DNA of 64,000 nucleotides from the NCBI GenBank assembly GCA_944392775.1, contig CALXXV010000010.1, positions 12,966 through 76,965 of the forward strand, written 5' to 3'. The position numbers and the translations under genes are program-made. The notes under the pieces were generated by a model that had not been told where the DNA came from, made no database searches, and worked only from the letters and a program-made list of their open reading frames with translations. Origin of the DNA: an uncultured Alphaproteobacteria bacterium (GTDB lineage: Bacteria > Pseudomonadota > Alphaproteobacteria > Rs-D84). Positions within the stretch are counted from its first letter, which is position 1. Each line of letters begins with the position of its first letter. This document shows, piece after piece, positions 50,779 to 61,256 of the stretch.

Positions 50779-52674
50779 TTATTGCTTTTCAGAAAAATCG
50801 GCATCTCTTGTACCGTCTTCATTTGTTTTTTCTTCGGCATTTGCAGAACTTGCGGAAGCTTCTTGGGCCGCCTTATAAACAGCTTCACCTAATTTCATGG
50901 CTTTTTCCGCAAGAGCGTCTGTTTTTGTTTTTAGTCCCTCTGCAGTTACGTCCGATTTCGCTAATTCATCAGCAAGATCTTTCTTTGCATCTTCTATGGC
51001 TTTTTTCTCATCTTCACTTATCTTATCGCCATGTTCTTTCAAAGATTTTTCTATACTGAAGATAGCTGTTTCTGCATTATTTTTAGCTTCTGCTAATTCT
51101 CGTTTTTTCTTATCAGCATCTGCATTAGCCGCAGCTTCATCTACCATACGTTTAATATCTTCTTCTGACAAACCGCCGTCTGATTTAATGGATATTGCTT
51201 GTTCTTTACCTGTCCCTTTATCTTTTGCCGAGACATGAACTATACCATTTGCATCAATATCAAATGATACTTCTATCTGTGGCATACCACGCGGTGCAGG
51301 GGCAATACCTTCTAAATTAAACTGTCCCAACAATTTATTATCTGCAGCCATATCACGTTCGCCTTGGAATACACGGATTGTGACAGCCGACTGATTGTCT
51401 TCTGCAGTACTGAATACTTGGGATTTTTTGGTAGGAATAGTTGTATTACGATCAATTAAACGAGTAAATACACCACCTAATGTTTCTATACCCAATGACA
51501 AAGGAGTAACATCCAACAACAAGACGTCTTTTACATCACCCTTTAAAACACCACCTTGAATTGCTGCACCCAACGCAACAACTTCATCAGGATTTACGCC
51601 TTTATGGGGTTCACGACCAAAAAATTCTTTTACAGTTTCAACAACTTTTGGCATACGTGTTTGACCACCAACCAATATAACTTCATTTATTTGAGATTTA
51701 TCCAAACCAGCATCTTTAAGAGCTTTACGACAAGGTTCTATTGTTTTTTGGATTAAATCATCAACAAGAGATTCTAACTTCGCGCGTGTAAGAGTTGTAT
51801 TAAAATGTTTCGGTCCAGAAGCATCTGCCGTCAAGAACGGCAAGTTTATATCTGCAGAAGTTTTTGAAGAAAGTTCTATTTTTGCTTTTTCTGCAGCTTC
51901 TTTTAAGCGCTGCAAAGCTAATTTATCATTAGATAAATCTATTCCTGTTTGAGCCTTAAATTCATCTATCAAATACTTTAATACACGGGCATCAAAATCA
52001 GATCCACCTAAAGCGGTATCACCGTTAGTAGACTTTACTTCAAAGACCCCGTCAACTATTTCCAGTATAGAAATATCAAATGTTCCACCACCTAAATCAT
52101 ATACAGCAATAGTTCCGTTTTTATCTTTATCCAAACCGTAAGCCAATGCTGCCGCTGTAGGTTCATTTACTATACGCAAAACGTTCAAACCAGCAATACG
52201 TCCAGCGTCTTTTGTTGCCTGACGCTGAGAATCGTTAAAATATGCAGGAACAGTAATAACTGCATCAGTTACTGTTTCACCCAAATAAGCTTCTGCATCT
52301 TTTTTCAATTTTGCTAAAATCATTGCAGAAATCTGAGATGGAGCATATTTTTTACCTTCCATTTCTACCCAAGCATCCCCGTTATCGCCAGCAACAATTT
52401 TATAAGGGACTCGTGCTGCTATTTCTTTTACAGCAGGGCTATCGAAACGCAATCCCATAAGCCTTTTAATTTCATAAATTGTATTCTCTGGATTTGTAAC
52501 GGCTTGGTTCTTTGCGGTAATGCCGACCAACTGTTCTCCATTAGCAGTCAAAGCTACCACTGATGGAGTAGTACGCTGTCCTTCAGAATTTTCTATAATT
52601 TTTGGTTCATTTCCGTCCATGAAAGCCATGGCAGAATTTGTTGTACCCAAATCGATACCTAATACTTTTCCCAT
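50779..52674 (-). CDS. dnaK: molecular chaperone DnaK
   Basis: Hsp70 signatures [17 protein letters not shown] and [11 protein letters not shown], with a full substrate-binding domain. No dnaJ lies adjacent. Confidence 0.95.
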   Translation of the reverse strand: MGKVLGIDLGTTNSAMAFMDGNEPKIIENSEGQRTTPSVVALTANGEQLVGITAKNQAVTNPENTIYEIKRLMGLRFDSPAVKEIAARVPYKIVAGDNGDAWVEMEGKKYAPSQISAMILAKLKKDAEAYLGETVTDAVITVPAYFNDSQRQATKDAGRIAGLNVLRIVNEPTAAALAYGLDKDKNGTIAVYDLGGGTFDISILEIVDGVFEVKSTNGDTALGGSDFDARVLKYLIDEFKAQTGIDLSNDKLALQRLKEAAEKAKIELSSKTSADINLPFLTADASGPKHFNTTLTRAKLESLVDDLIQKTIEPCRKALKDAGLDKSQINEVILVGGQTRMPKVVETVKEFFGREPHKGVNPDEVVALGAAIQGGVLKGDVKDVLLLDVTPLSLGIETLGGVFTRLIDRNTTIPTKKSQVFSTAEDNQSAVTIRVFQGERDMAADNKLLGQFNLEGIAPAPRGMPQIEVSFDIDANGIVHVSAKDKGTGKEQAISIKSDGGLSEEDIKRMVDEAAANADADKKKRELAEAKNNAETAIFSIEKSLKEHGDKISEDEKKAIEDAKKDLADELAKSDVTAEGLKTKTDALAEKAMKLGEAVYKAAQEASASSANAEEKTNEDGTRDADFSEKQ

Positions 52675-52708
52675 TTTTCACTCCTTCAAAATCTTTTACT
52701 AAGATAGC

Positions 52709-52737
52709 ATATAGTGAATACTAAAAAAGATTTCAAG
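52709..52737 (-). promoter_or_regulatory. candidate sigma-32 (RpoH) heat-shock promoter for dnaK
   Basis: The minus strand reads CTTGAAA, then a 14-nt spacer, then CACTATAT, which resembles CTTGAAA-N13-15-CCCCATnT. It lies about 35 nt upstream of the dnaK start. Confidence 0.35.
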
Positions 52738-52751
52738 ACTATAGGAAAAAA

Positions 52752-52786
52752 AATAATAAAGCGCCCAGATTTTCAAGGGCGCTTTT
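52752..52786 (-). terminator. intrinsic terminator downstream of rplY
   Basis: Hairpin aagcgccc-agattttca-agggcgctt with a T-run on the minus strand. Confidence 0.5.
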
Positions 52787-52810
52787 AAATGACACAACAC
52801 CAAACGCATT

Positions 52811-53455
52811 TTACTTTTTTGCCGCTGTATCTGCGGATGCGTCTGCTGCAGTCGCAGGTGCAGCCGTTGCAGCACTAGGAGTATCAACTTCATCAGGCAT
52901 CTTACCACCAATTGTAGCAAAAGCTAACTCTGCTTGATGTAAACCCAATTGAACTCCTTCTGGCAACACAAGATCTACACCATGAACGGAATCACCAATT
53001 GTTAAATTTGTTAAATCAATTGTTATTTTTTCTGGAATATCATGAACAAGTCCACGCAAAGCAACTTTACGAACAGCGAAATTCAATACACCACCAAGTT
53101 TGATTCCTCTTGATATTTCAGCATTTATTACTTCTACTGGAACACTAACATTAACGGGCGTCTTTACGTCTATACGTTTAAAATCGGCATGAATAACCGC
53201 ATCGGAAACAGGATGATATTGAACGTCCATCAACATTGCATCTTCAGTACCATTTGCTGTTTCTATTTGAAATAATTTCGTACGCAAACTAGGTGTTTTT
53301 AACAAAGCTTCAAAATCACGTCCATTTAATTCGATAGCAACGGGTGCCTTTTTTTCACCGTATATAACTGCGGGGATATTTTTTTTATTTCTAATGCTAC
53401 GAGCGGCCCCCTTGCCAGCAACGTTACGAATTTCTGCTTTTATATTTATAGCCAT
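52811..53455 (-). CDS. rplY: 50S ribosomal protein L25 / general stress protein Ctc
   Basis: L25/Ctc N-terminal beta-barrel (RNVAGKGAARSIRNKKNIPAVIYG) with a C-terminal extension. Confidence 0.8.
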   Translation of the reverse strand: MAINIKAEIRNVAGKGAARSIRNKKNIPAVIYGEKKAPVAIELNGRDFEALLKTPSLRTKLFQIETANGTEDAMLMDVQYHPVSDAVIHADFKRIDVKTPVNVSVPVEVINAEISRGIKLGGVLNFAVRKVALRGLVHDIPEKITIDLTNLTIGDSVHGVDLVLPEGVQLGLHQAELAFATIGGKMPDEVDTPSAATAAPATAADASADTAAKK

Positions 53456-53553
53456 TTTTTGTCCTTTTATATAATCTTATTTTATTTACGTGACCTCCAA
53501 GGGTGCCACGCAGGCGACATTATTTACTAAAAAACTTGGAAAATCAAGGTTTT

Positions 53554-54120
53554 TTATTTTTCTTTTAATTTTAAAATCAAAAATCTTGCTCTTCCGTATA
53601 TTTTATCTTTTAAAACCACCCATTTATCTGAAGGCATAATAAAATTTTCTTTTTCCTGTTCCCATACAACAATTGTTCCCTGAAGAGCCTCTTCTTCAAA
53701 TTTTTTCATAAAAATATCCCCAGCATCTTTCATAACATATGGCGGATCAAGAAATAAAACTTTCGTTTTATTTGCATACTTTTTTATAACAGAAAAAGCG
53801 TCGACTTTTTCAACGTAACTTTTTGAGTTAGAACCAATTCCAATTAAATTTTTTTGAATTGCCTTTACGGCATCATCTGAAGAATCTGTAAATACAACAT
53901 AAGAATTAGGATATCTTGATAAAAATTCTATACCCAAAGCACCGCTGCCTGCAAACGCATCCCATGCAAAATAAGGCTCTGACGTATCACTTAATACATC
54001 CGATGCAAGCATATTAAAAATTGCACCTCTGGCCTTATTTTGGGTAGGGCGAGCACTATCCGGCAACAAAATTTTTCGTCCTCGAAAATTTCCTGAAATT
54101 ATTTGCAATTTTGATTTCAT
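53554..54120 (-). CDS. rsmD: 16S rRNA (guanine966-N2)-methyltransferase RsmD
   Basis: RsmD motifs ...ISGNFRGRKL..PDSARPTQNKARGAIFNML...DAFAGSGALGIE...FLDPPY. Confidence 0.75.
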   Translation of the reverse strand: MKSKLQIISGNFRGRKILLPDSARPTQNKARGAIFNMLASDVLSDTSEPYFAWDAFAGSGALGIEFLSRYPNSYVVFTDSSDDAVKAIQKNLIGIGSNSKSYVEKVDAFSVIKKYANKTKVLFLDPPYVMKDAGDIFMKKFEEEALQGTIVVWEQEKENFIMPSDKWVVLKDKIYGRARFLILKLKEK

Positions 54121-54137
54121 ATTATAAAGTGTATAAC

Positions 54138-54596
54138 ATGTCATTTATGAAGCAAGCTTTAAATTTAGCAAAAAACGCTTTATCTCACGAAGATGTTCCT
54201 ATTGGCGCAGTAATAGTAAAAGATAATAAAATAATTTCTAGGGGCGAGAATCAGGTGCAATTACGAAAAAACCCCACGTTACACGCAGAAATTATCGCTA
54301 TAAATAAAGCCTGCAAAAAACTTGGCACAAAATTTTTAAACGATTGTGATATTTATGTAACGCTTGAACCGTGTGCTATGTGTGCAACAGCAATATCTTT
54401 TGCCAGAATAAAAAACGTATATTTTGCAGCAGCAGATTTAAAGGGTGGTGGAATAACCGCAAACGCACGAATTTATGACACAGATCGACATCTGTGGCAT
54501 CCTAAAGTACACCATATGCAAGAATTTAGCGACGAAGCTGCGGAATTGCTAAAAGATTTTTTTAAAAACAAAAGATCCAACAAAAACAACGTATAA
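54138..54596 (+). CDS. tadA: tRNA adenosine(34) deaminase TadA
   Basis: CDA zinc motifs HAE and PCAMC. Confidence 0.85.
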   Translation: MSFMKQALNLAKNALSHEDVPIGAVIVKDNKIISRGENQVQLRKNPTLHAEIIAINKACKKLGTKFLNDCDIYVTLEPCAMCATAISFARIKNVYFAAADLKGGGITANARIYDTDRHLWHPKVHHMQEFSDEAAELLKDFFKNKRSNKNNV

Positions 54597-54604
54597 ATAG
54601 TCAG

Positions 54605-56080
54605 TTACAAAATAAGACTACTGCCCGTCATCTCTGCAGGAATTGGTATATCTAATATTTTTAAAATCGTCGGTGCAACATCTGCCAATCCACCATCTCT
54701 GACTTTAAACTCTGAATTTGAGACCACAATAAAATTTACTGGATTTGTGGTATGTGCGGTCCAAGGAACCTTATTTTTTTCATCCCACATTTTTTCCGCG
54801 TTTCCATGATCTGCTGTAATGAGTATAGTTCCTCCCAAACTTAGAACAGCAGGAACCAATTCTTTTAATTGTGAATCAAGAAATTCCATTGCTTGAATTG
54901 CAGCTTTTTCATTTCCTGTATGACCAACCATGTCGCCATTTGCATAATTTAAAATTATAACATCAAAATTATCTAAAATTGGCAAAAGAGTATCTGTTAT
55001 TTCTTTTGCCGACATTTCGGGTTGCATGTCAAAAGTTGCAACAGCAGGCGAGTTTATCAATATTTTCTTTTCTTTTGGCAAATCAATATTTCGTTCTGCA
55101 TCAAAAAAATATGTAACATGATTATACTTTTCTGTCTCTGCTATGCGCAACTGAGAAAGCCCATATTTTGCCAAAACATCACCCAATGTATTTTCAACCG
55201 GTATATCTGGTAACAAAGCAGGGCATTTTTCATTCAGCCCCTCACCATACTGAGAAAAACAAAGAATCGTAGCATTTGTAACCAATATCTCACGGATAAT
55301 TTGTCTGGCTCTATCACTACGATAGTTTCCGAATAAAAAACCATCTTTTGAACTTATAGGGACATCTCCAGCTATTACCGTAGGTTTTATAAATTCGTCT
55401 GTTTCCCCGCGTTCATATGCTTTTTTTAATGCTTCTTCTATAGAATTTGCAACATATTCTGATTTTGCATCTGCTATTGCAGATACAGCTAAAGCAGTTC
55501 TATCTAAATTTTTATTTCTATCCATCGCATAGTAACGTCCAGACAAAGATCCGAAAAATGCCTGGCCAGAAGAAATGTATTTCCCAAGTTCTTGTCGTAT
55601 AAAATTTATATATATTTCAGCAGATTGCGGTGATGTATCTCTTCCATCTGCAATAAAATGGATACATAATTTTAACCCAGATTTTAAAACGAATGATGCT
55701 ATAGTCATAATGTCTTTTATATCCGCATGAACTCTACCATCAGACATCAGCCCCGCAATATGCACAATGCCTTTATTACGTTTAACCGTATCTATAAAAT
55801 TTTTCAGGGGTTCATTTTTAACCCAATTTTCTAATTGAAACCGTCTTAAAAACTGATTTACGATACGCCCAGAACCAATGGTAATATGACCAACTTCTGA
55901 ATTTCCCATTGTCCCGTCAGGCAAACCAACCGCTGCTCCACTGGCATTTAAAACAGAATGCGGATATTTTCTCAACAAATCGTTAAAAAAAGGCATTTTT
56001 GCCTGTGCAACAGCATTATGTTCTTTATTTGCATCTATACCTACACCATCCATTATACATAAAAGCAAAGGTCTATTCAT
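54605..56080 (-). CDS. gpmI: 2,3-bisphosphoglycerate-independent phosphoglycerate mutase
   Basis: iPGM motifs ...ILDGVGI-like MDGVGIDA, GNSEVGH and TADHGN. The start is set at MNRPLLLC. The longer ORF call adds a spurious hydrophobic leader. Confidence 0.85.
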   Translation of the reverse strand: MNRPLLLCIMDGVGIDANKEHNAVAQAKMPFFNDLLRKYPHSVLNASGAAVGLPDGTMGNSEVGHITIGSGRIVNQFLRRFQLENWVKNEPLKNFIDTVKRNKGIVHIAGLMSDGRVHADIKDIMTIASFVLKSGLKLCIHFIADGRDTSPQSAEIYINFIRQELGKYISSGQAFFGSLSGRYYAMDRNKNLDRTALAVSAIADAKSEYVANSIEEALKKAYERGETDEFIKPTVIAGDVPISSKDGFLFGNYRSDRARQIIREILVTNATILCFSQYGEGLNEKCPALLPDIPVENTLGDVLAKYGLSQLRIAETEKYNHVTYFFDAERNIDLPKEKKILINSPAVATFDMQPEMSAKEITDTLLPILDNFDVIILNYANGDMVGHTGNEKAAIQAMEFLDSQLKELVPAVLSLGGTILITADHGNAEKMWDEKNKVPWTAHTTNPVNFIVVSNSEFKVRDGGLADVAPTILKILDIPIPAEMTGSSLIL

Positions 56081-56211
56081 GTTTCCCCCATAAAAATTTT
56101 TCAACGAAATAAGGTTATCATAAGGCTTTTTTGATTGCAAAACAAAAAGAAAAATTGTATAAATTATTATGAATATAGGAAGTATTTCATAAAATAGTAA
56201 GAGACGAGAAA

Positions 56212-56625
56212 ATGAGTGGGAAAACATTTACTCCGACATCAGTCGACGAACATATTGGACAACGAGTTCAATTACGTCGAATAATGATGGGGTTATCACA
56301 AAAAGATTTAGCAAAAATATGTGGGGTTACATTCCAACAAATTCAGAAATATGAAAGTGCAGGCAACCGTATTTCTGCATCTCGTTTGTTTGAGCTAAGC
56401 ACAGCTTTAGAAACTCCTGTTTCTTTCTTTTTCTCTGGCTTACCTGGAAATATGCCAGAGCCGACTAGGAATGGAAGAATATCAAGGGTATCAGAACAAA
56501 AAAACGAAGATCCTTTATCAAAAAATGAATCATTACAATTAATAAACCTTTATTGGAAATTACCAAACGACGACCAAAGAAAAATGGTTATGAAAATGCT
56601 AAAAACGTTAAACGGATCAGACTAA
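56212..56625 (+). CDS. XRE-family helix-turn-helix transcriptional regulator
   Basis: HTH LSQKDLAKICGVTFQQIQKYESAGNRIS. Confidence 0.7.
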   Translation: MSGKTFTPTSVDEHIGQRVQLRRIMMGLSQKDLAKICGVTFQQIQKYESAGNRISASRLFELSTALETPVSFFFSGLPGNMPEPTRNGRISRVSEQKNEDPLSKNESLQLINLYWKLPNDDQRKMVMKMLKTLNGSD

Positions 56626-56626
56626 A

Positions 56627-56654
56627 AAAACGCTTTAAAAGCGTTTTTTTAGTC
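56627..56654. terminator. bidirectional intrinsic terminator
   Basis: Hairpin aaacgcttt-aaa-agcgttt, flanked by A/T runs. Confidence 0.55.
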
Positions 56655-56670
56655 TTATTACAAAACACGG

Positions 56671-59127
56671 CTAATTTATAACTTGTTCTGTTATATAGCA
56701 AATATCATCTTCGCCATAATAACCATTTCCTAATATATTACATTGTTGCTCATACCATGCATTTGTAAACACGCACTCATCATTTATTACATCATATGTT
56801 GCAACGGGCTCTTCACCATCTATATTATACCCAAGGCAAGCAACCCTCTTTGTATTTTCCACACAACGTCCCCAATTTGTATTTTGATTCCCACCATATA
56901 CATTTCTATAAAAGGCCGTCAATAATGTTCCTTCGTTTGTATCTCCTATAGACAACCAATATCCGCCCAATTCTTCGCACTCTTCTAACATAGCATAATC
57001 CATCTGATCAACAATATCTTCAAAAGATTGTTCTATTTCTAATCTTGTCTGTTCTGGTATTTCATCATAAGATGTAGCCCCAACTGCACAATTATTTATT
57101 GCGAACTGTTTTATATTGGCAGCTAAAGAAGCACTGGATGCTGCAGAAGCAGTAACATTTATATCTCCTGGAATCTTTCCTACACAATTCCACGGATAAC
57201 CACGTGTACCAGTTGTAGGCGTACATGTATCCGTAAGGTATGATTCTACTGCACTAATACAACCTTCCGATATACGAACATCATCTACCGATGCAACAAA
57301 ATCTAACAAAGATGTTAAACCACATAATTGATTTGCCTCTGCTGTCCCGACAGAAGAATTTCCTGTTGTTAAATGCCCATTACCATCAAATTTACAGCCA
57401 CTTGTATTACCATACAACGAAGCACAAGCGATTACTTTTTCTTGACACATATCTCTGGCAGCAATTGCACTTATAGCACCAGCATATTGAGCGGTTGTAT
57501 TATCAAAATTTTTTAAACCATTAGTTTGCGTATCATAACATTCTGCCATCGTACTTACACAAGACATTTTTACTTCTTCTATTTTTTCATCTTGTGCCTG
57601 TGCTATTTCTATCAAAGCTTGTCTTTTAAATTCTTCCCAAACAATTTCAGAAATATCGCGACAAGAATCCAGGGCACTTTCTGCGAAAATTCTTTTGTCA
57701 TTTAAAAAAGAATTAAACGAAGAATTTTGCCCCAAAACATCATCAGACGTTCCGTCCAATGTTATCAAGTTTTCTAATTGGAACAAACGAGGAGAATAAA
57801 TTACTTCACCAGTACTTGAGTTTATATAAGCCCCCGTATAATCCAAACATTTTTTATAACCAGCACCACAAGCACTGTCTGCAGTAATAGCATTTTTTAC
57901 ATTCGCGATACATTCATTTACATCTGCAGAATTGTGCGCTCTATATTCTTCAAGGCGTGCTTCCCTTAGATATTTTTCAGCAGTTCTAACAGTTTGTTCT
58001 ATTTTTTCTTTCTGAGAATTTATATTTTTTTCATAAATATTACAATCTTGGGTTATTAAAACACTATACGCGCTTTTAGCCATAGCTAAAACGGCATCAT
58101 TTTCGCAAGAATCCGCAACAACCTGCAAACACTGCTTATTAGCCTGATTATATAATTCTTGTCCTTCCAACGAAGCCAAATCAACACCAGAATCCGTTTC
58201 AAACAATGACGATCCCTGATTAGACCAAATATCATCTAAATCAGAAGTAAAATCTACAGATAAAAGCCCAAGTGACGCACTAGAATCTTTTGTTGAACTA
58301 GATTTTCCCGATAATAAATTTCCAATTTCTGTTAACATCGCCGATGCGGCACTAGTATCATTTTTTATAGCAGCTTCCCCTTCTGTTGCACTATACATCG
58401 CAGCAACTTCTTCGGCAGTTTTATCAATAGCATTTAAGTTATTATCTTCAAATTTTGCTAACAAAGTTATTGCTTGATCAAAAGCATCTTCCATATTACG
58501 AAATTCTGTATATTTTGAACTACACAAACATCTACGATAAGAATCATTAGCCGTAGCACAAATCTGATCCATACATGTTGCATACGCTTCTCTACAGGTT
58601 GCATACCCACCACCAATTTTAGAAATATCATTAAAAACCGCCGTAGCCCTAGCACTAGCGGCCCTAGAAACACCAGCCACCGAAGAAGCGGCACGCGCAA
58701 CACTAGAGTTATTTGTTCTTACAACATTTGAAGATGCTGCCCTAGAGGTAGTTCCTGTAGAAACAGAAGTTGTAGAATTTTGATAAGTAGCACTTCTTCC
58801 GCTACCAGAAATATTTTTTGTTGTTTGCGAAACCGCACTTCTAGAAACTGTTGAAGAAGGTCTTTGAGTGGCACTTCTAGAAACGTTCGTTGTGGCGGCA
58901 CGTCCAGTAGAATTTACGCCAGAATTAATATCATTATCTTCAGCCCCAATTTGTATAACATCACGACTATTTGAACGTTGGGGTGCAATATTTACCGAAG
59001 AATTATCATCACCAGAAACAACGACCGTCCCCGATCGTGGATTTGGTGCCTGCGCAGAAAAAGCGTCCACAGCAAATAATAATGCTGTTATTAAAATAGA
59101 ACTTTTATACAATTTTTTTGTACGCAT
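56671..59127 (-). CDS. large secreted protein with Ser/Thr-rich region and Cys-containing domain, paralog of 21103..22350
   Basis: Signal peptide MRTKKLYKSSILITALLFAVDAFSA, then about 150 aa of S/T/N-rich low complexity, then ATCREAYATCMDQICATAND, followed by a Cys-containing domain of about 600 aa. Confidence 0.6.
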   Translation of the reverse strand: MRTKKLYKSSILITALLFAVDAFSAQAPNPRSGTVVVSGDDNSSVNIAPQRSNSRDVIQIGAEDNDINSGVNSTGRAATTNVSRSATQRPSSTVSRSAVSQTTKNISGSGRSATYQNSTTSVSTGTTSRAASSNVVRTNNSSVARAASSVAGVSRAASARATAVFNDISKIGGGYATCREAYATCMDQICATANDSYRRCLCSSKYTEFRNMEDAFDQAITLLAKFEDNNLNAIDKTAEEVAAMYSATEGEAAIKNDTSAASAMLTEIGNLLSGKSSSTKDSSASLGLLSVDFTSDLDDIWSNQGSSLFETDSGVDLASLEGQELYNQANKQCLQVVADSCENDAVLAMAKSAYSVLITQDCNIYEKNINSQKEKIEQTVRTAEKYLREARLEEYRAHNSADVNECIANVKNAITADSACGAGYKKCLDYTGAYINSSTGEVIYSPRLFQLENLITLDGTSDDVLGQNSSFNSFLNDKRIFAESALDSCRDISEIVWEEFKRQALIEIAQAQDEKIEEVKMSCVSTMAECYDTQTNGLKNFDNTTAQYAGAISAIAARDMCQEKVIACASLYGNTSGCKFDGNGHLTTGNSSVGTAEANQLCGLTSLLDFVASVDDVRISEGCISAVESYLTDTCTPTTGTRGYPWNCVGKIPGDINVTASAASSASLAANIKQFAINNCAVGATSYDEIPEQTRLEIEQSFEDIVDQMDYAMLEECEELGGYWLSIGDTNEGTLLTAFYRNVYGGNQNTNWGRCVENTKRVACLGYNIDGEEPVATYDVINDECVFTNAWYEQQCNILGNGYYGEDDICYITEQVIN

Positions 59128-59195
59128 ATTTGAAATACTTATTCTCTCGTTTTTTTATTTTAGCACTTTAACGGCAATTGAATCAACTAAGAAAT

Positions 59196-59822
59196 TCATT
59201 CTATACAACAATTTACAGCATTTCTAACCCAATCGCCCAATTTTTTTACCGCAGATTTTGATTCCTTTAAATTCGGCTCTGTTTTTTGTTGGTCTTTTTT
59301 TAACTTTTTACTTTGTTTTTCTTCTTTTCCTGTTGAATTAAAACGTGACAACATTGCTTTATCATAAACATCAGCAGCAACTGTTTTAACCCCTGTTAAA
59401 TCAATTAAATCCATATTTAATCCCCAGAACAAAGAATACAATTCATATGACTTATTAAACAAATCATACGCTTCTTTAGCATTTCCCGCAGAAAGAGCCT
59501 TTGTTCCGACTTCCATTACGCGCATAGATGCAGCTAATAAATGTTTCGAAATACACCAAATTTCCCCATTCTCTGCAGTAGATTTTTTTACTATTTTAGC
59601 CATTAAATCTTTTCGCATATCACGAACGGTATTTATCAAATCATAAAAACCGTTTTTTTGTGTTTTTGCCCCACTAAAAAAGAAATGCTCTTCTAAAGAA
59701 ATAAGATTCATCAAAGCAATAGATAAATCCTGATCTGAAGATAAATCCAAAGGATTTACTTTCTTTGATGCGTCAACTTTTTCAATCATCTCTTCCATTG
59801 TAAGTTTTTTATTAGCTTTCAT
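59196..59822 (-). CDS. hypothetical protein
   Basis: 208-aa ORF with a Lys-rich C-terminus. No motifs recognised. Confidence 0.4.
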   Translation of the reverse strand: MKANKKLTMEEMIEKVDASKKVNPLDLSSDQDLSIALMNLISLEEHFFFSGAKTQKNGFYDLINTVRDMRKDLMAKIVKKSTAENGEIWCISKHLLAASMRVMEVGTKALSAGNAKEAYDLFNKSYELYSLFWGLNMDLIDLTGVKTVAADVYDKAMLSRFNSTGKEEKQSKKLKKDQQKTEPNLKESKSAVKKLGDWVRNAVNCCIE

Positions 59823-59838
59823 AATGCCATTCCTTTAT

Positions 59839-60348
59839 TTATTTTGTAATCAACCAAAAAATCAACGTTGCAATAAGTAAAAAGAACAGGGGAACAACAA
59901 CTTTTTGAAATGCAAACTTCGCATGACCACCGTTATCTCGTTTTATTTTTACATACCAACGTGCGCCCAAATAAAAAGCAATAGTACCAACGATTGTTCC
60001 TAATAAAAACTTATCGATCCCCCACAAAGTATTTGCCCCAAAAACAACACCGGGCAAAGCATATACTCCTCCCAACAAACCATAATAAAAAATGAAAGGT
60101 ACGACAATTTGCCAAAAAGCGTTTTTTACCCCATGCCTTTTTAACCAACCGGCTGTCCAAAAGAACAAAGATAAAGTTAATCCGCCTGCCCAAATTCCAG
60201 TAATCACATCATCTACACCCAACAACCGCGCACCTTCTAAACCTGCGCCCACCGCAACAGTACAAACTGGACATACCGCCATAGCCACAGGCATCAACAA
60301 AAAAGCAGCAAATGATGCAGATAAAAAAACAAAAAAAACTTTTTTCAT
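59839..60348 (-). CDS. integral membrane protein
   Basis: Four to five hydrophobic helices, with a CPVC pair in the first. Confidence 0.45.
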   Translation of the reverse strand: MKKVFFVFLSASFAAFLLMPVAMAVCPVCTVAVGAGLEGARLLGVDDVITGIWAGGLTLSLFFWTAGWLKRHGVKNAFWQIVVPFIFYYGLLGGVYALPGVVFGANTLWGIDKFLLGTIVGTIAFYLGARWYVKIKRDNGGHAKFAFQKVVVPLFFLLIATLIFWLITK

Positions 60349-60409
60349 TATACAAACCTTCCTTATATTTACTTACAACACAAATCGTACAAAAATACTA
60401 ACATATTGG

Positions 60410-61255
60410 TCAATATGATTTTATAACGCCTCTCATATGAGCACTACGCGCACGCAGATTTACATTTAACTCTTCTTCTGTCGGCACTTCTGTTTTTATG
60501 CTTTTAAATTTAGCCTCTTCAATTATTGGTAACCGAGGATCACCAACAGGCGAAGTCCATTCTCTAAAAGTATTTTTAACAATTCTGTCTTCCAAAGAAT
60601 GAAAAGTCACACATATACATTTCCCACCAACTTTTAATAAATCTGGTACCGCACTTAATGCTTTTTCTAACTCGCCCATTTCATCGTTTACTGCAATTCG
60701 CAAAGCCTGAAATACTGGTGCAACATCTTTTGAGTTGTGTATCAAATTTTTCAATTCTAATGTAGTTTTGGGTCTTTCATTTTTCAAAATCCTTGCAAGA
60801 ACGCCAGCTTTTTTTATATCTCCATAGTCACGTAAAATTTTTGCTAAATCTTGTACCGACAAATTTTCTATTAAATCTGCTGCGGATTCTCCTATTTCTG
60901 ACATTCTCATATCCAAAGGTCCATTTTCTCTAAAAGAAAAACCTCGTTCTGGAATATCAATTTGCATAGAAGAAATACCCAAATCAAAAATTATTGCATC
61001 AAAAATTTCGGTTAACTCCGCAATATTAGAGAATGGTTTATGCACAAATACAAATCTATCTTTATATTCTGATTTTAAAATATCTGTATCAGGAATTACA
61101 TTAGGATCTCTGTCAAAAGCAATCACTTCTGCGCCAGCTTCTAAAAAAGCACGAGAATACCCCCCGGCACCAAAAGTTGCATCTATAACCCTTTTTCCAT
61201 GTAAATCGCCAAGGGCTTTTAAAACTTCTTTTAACATCACAGGTATATGCTTCAT
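60410..61255 (-). CDS. rsmH: 16S rRNA (cytosine1402-N4)-methyltransferase RsmH
   Basis: MraW/RsmH motifs HIPVML, DATFGAGGYS and DLGISSMQID. Confidence 0.85.
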   Translation of the reverse strand: MKHIPVMLKEVLKALGDLHGKRVIDATFGAGGYSRAFLEAGAEVIAFDRDPNVIPDTDILKSEYKDRFVFVHKPFSNIAELTEIFDAIIFDLGISSMQIDIPERGFSFRENGPLDMRMSEIGESAADLIENLSVQDLAKILRDYGDIKKAGVLARILKNERPKTTLELKNLIHNSKDVAPVFQALRIAVNDEMGELEKALSAVPDLLKVGGKCICVTFHSLEDRIVKNTFREWTSPVGDPRLPIIEEAKFKSIKTEVPTEEELNVNLRARSAHMRGVIKSY

Positions 61256-61256
61256 A

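Noticed and set aside
50763-51238. Plus-strand ORFs (98 aa and 113 aa) inside dnaK.
   Set aside because: They are antisense to a highly conserved Hsp70 gene and have low-complexity composition.
56081-56227. Hydrophobic N-terminal extension of gpmI (MFSHSFSRLLLFYEILPIFIIIY...).
   Set aside because: iPGM homology starts at MNRPLLLCIMDGVG. The extension lies in the divergent promoter region shared with the XRE gene.
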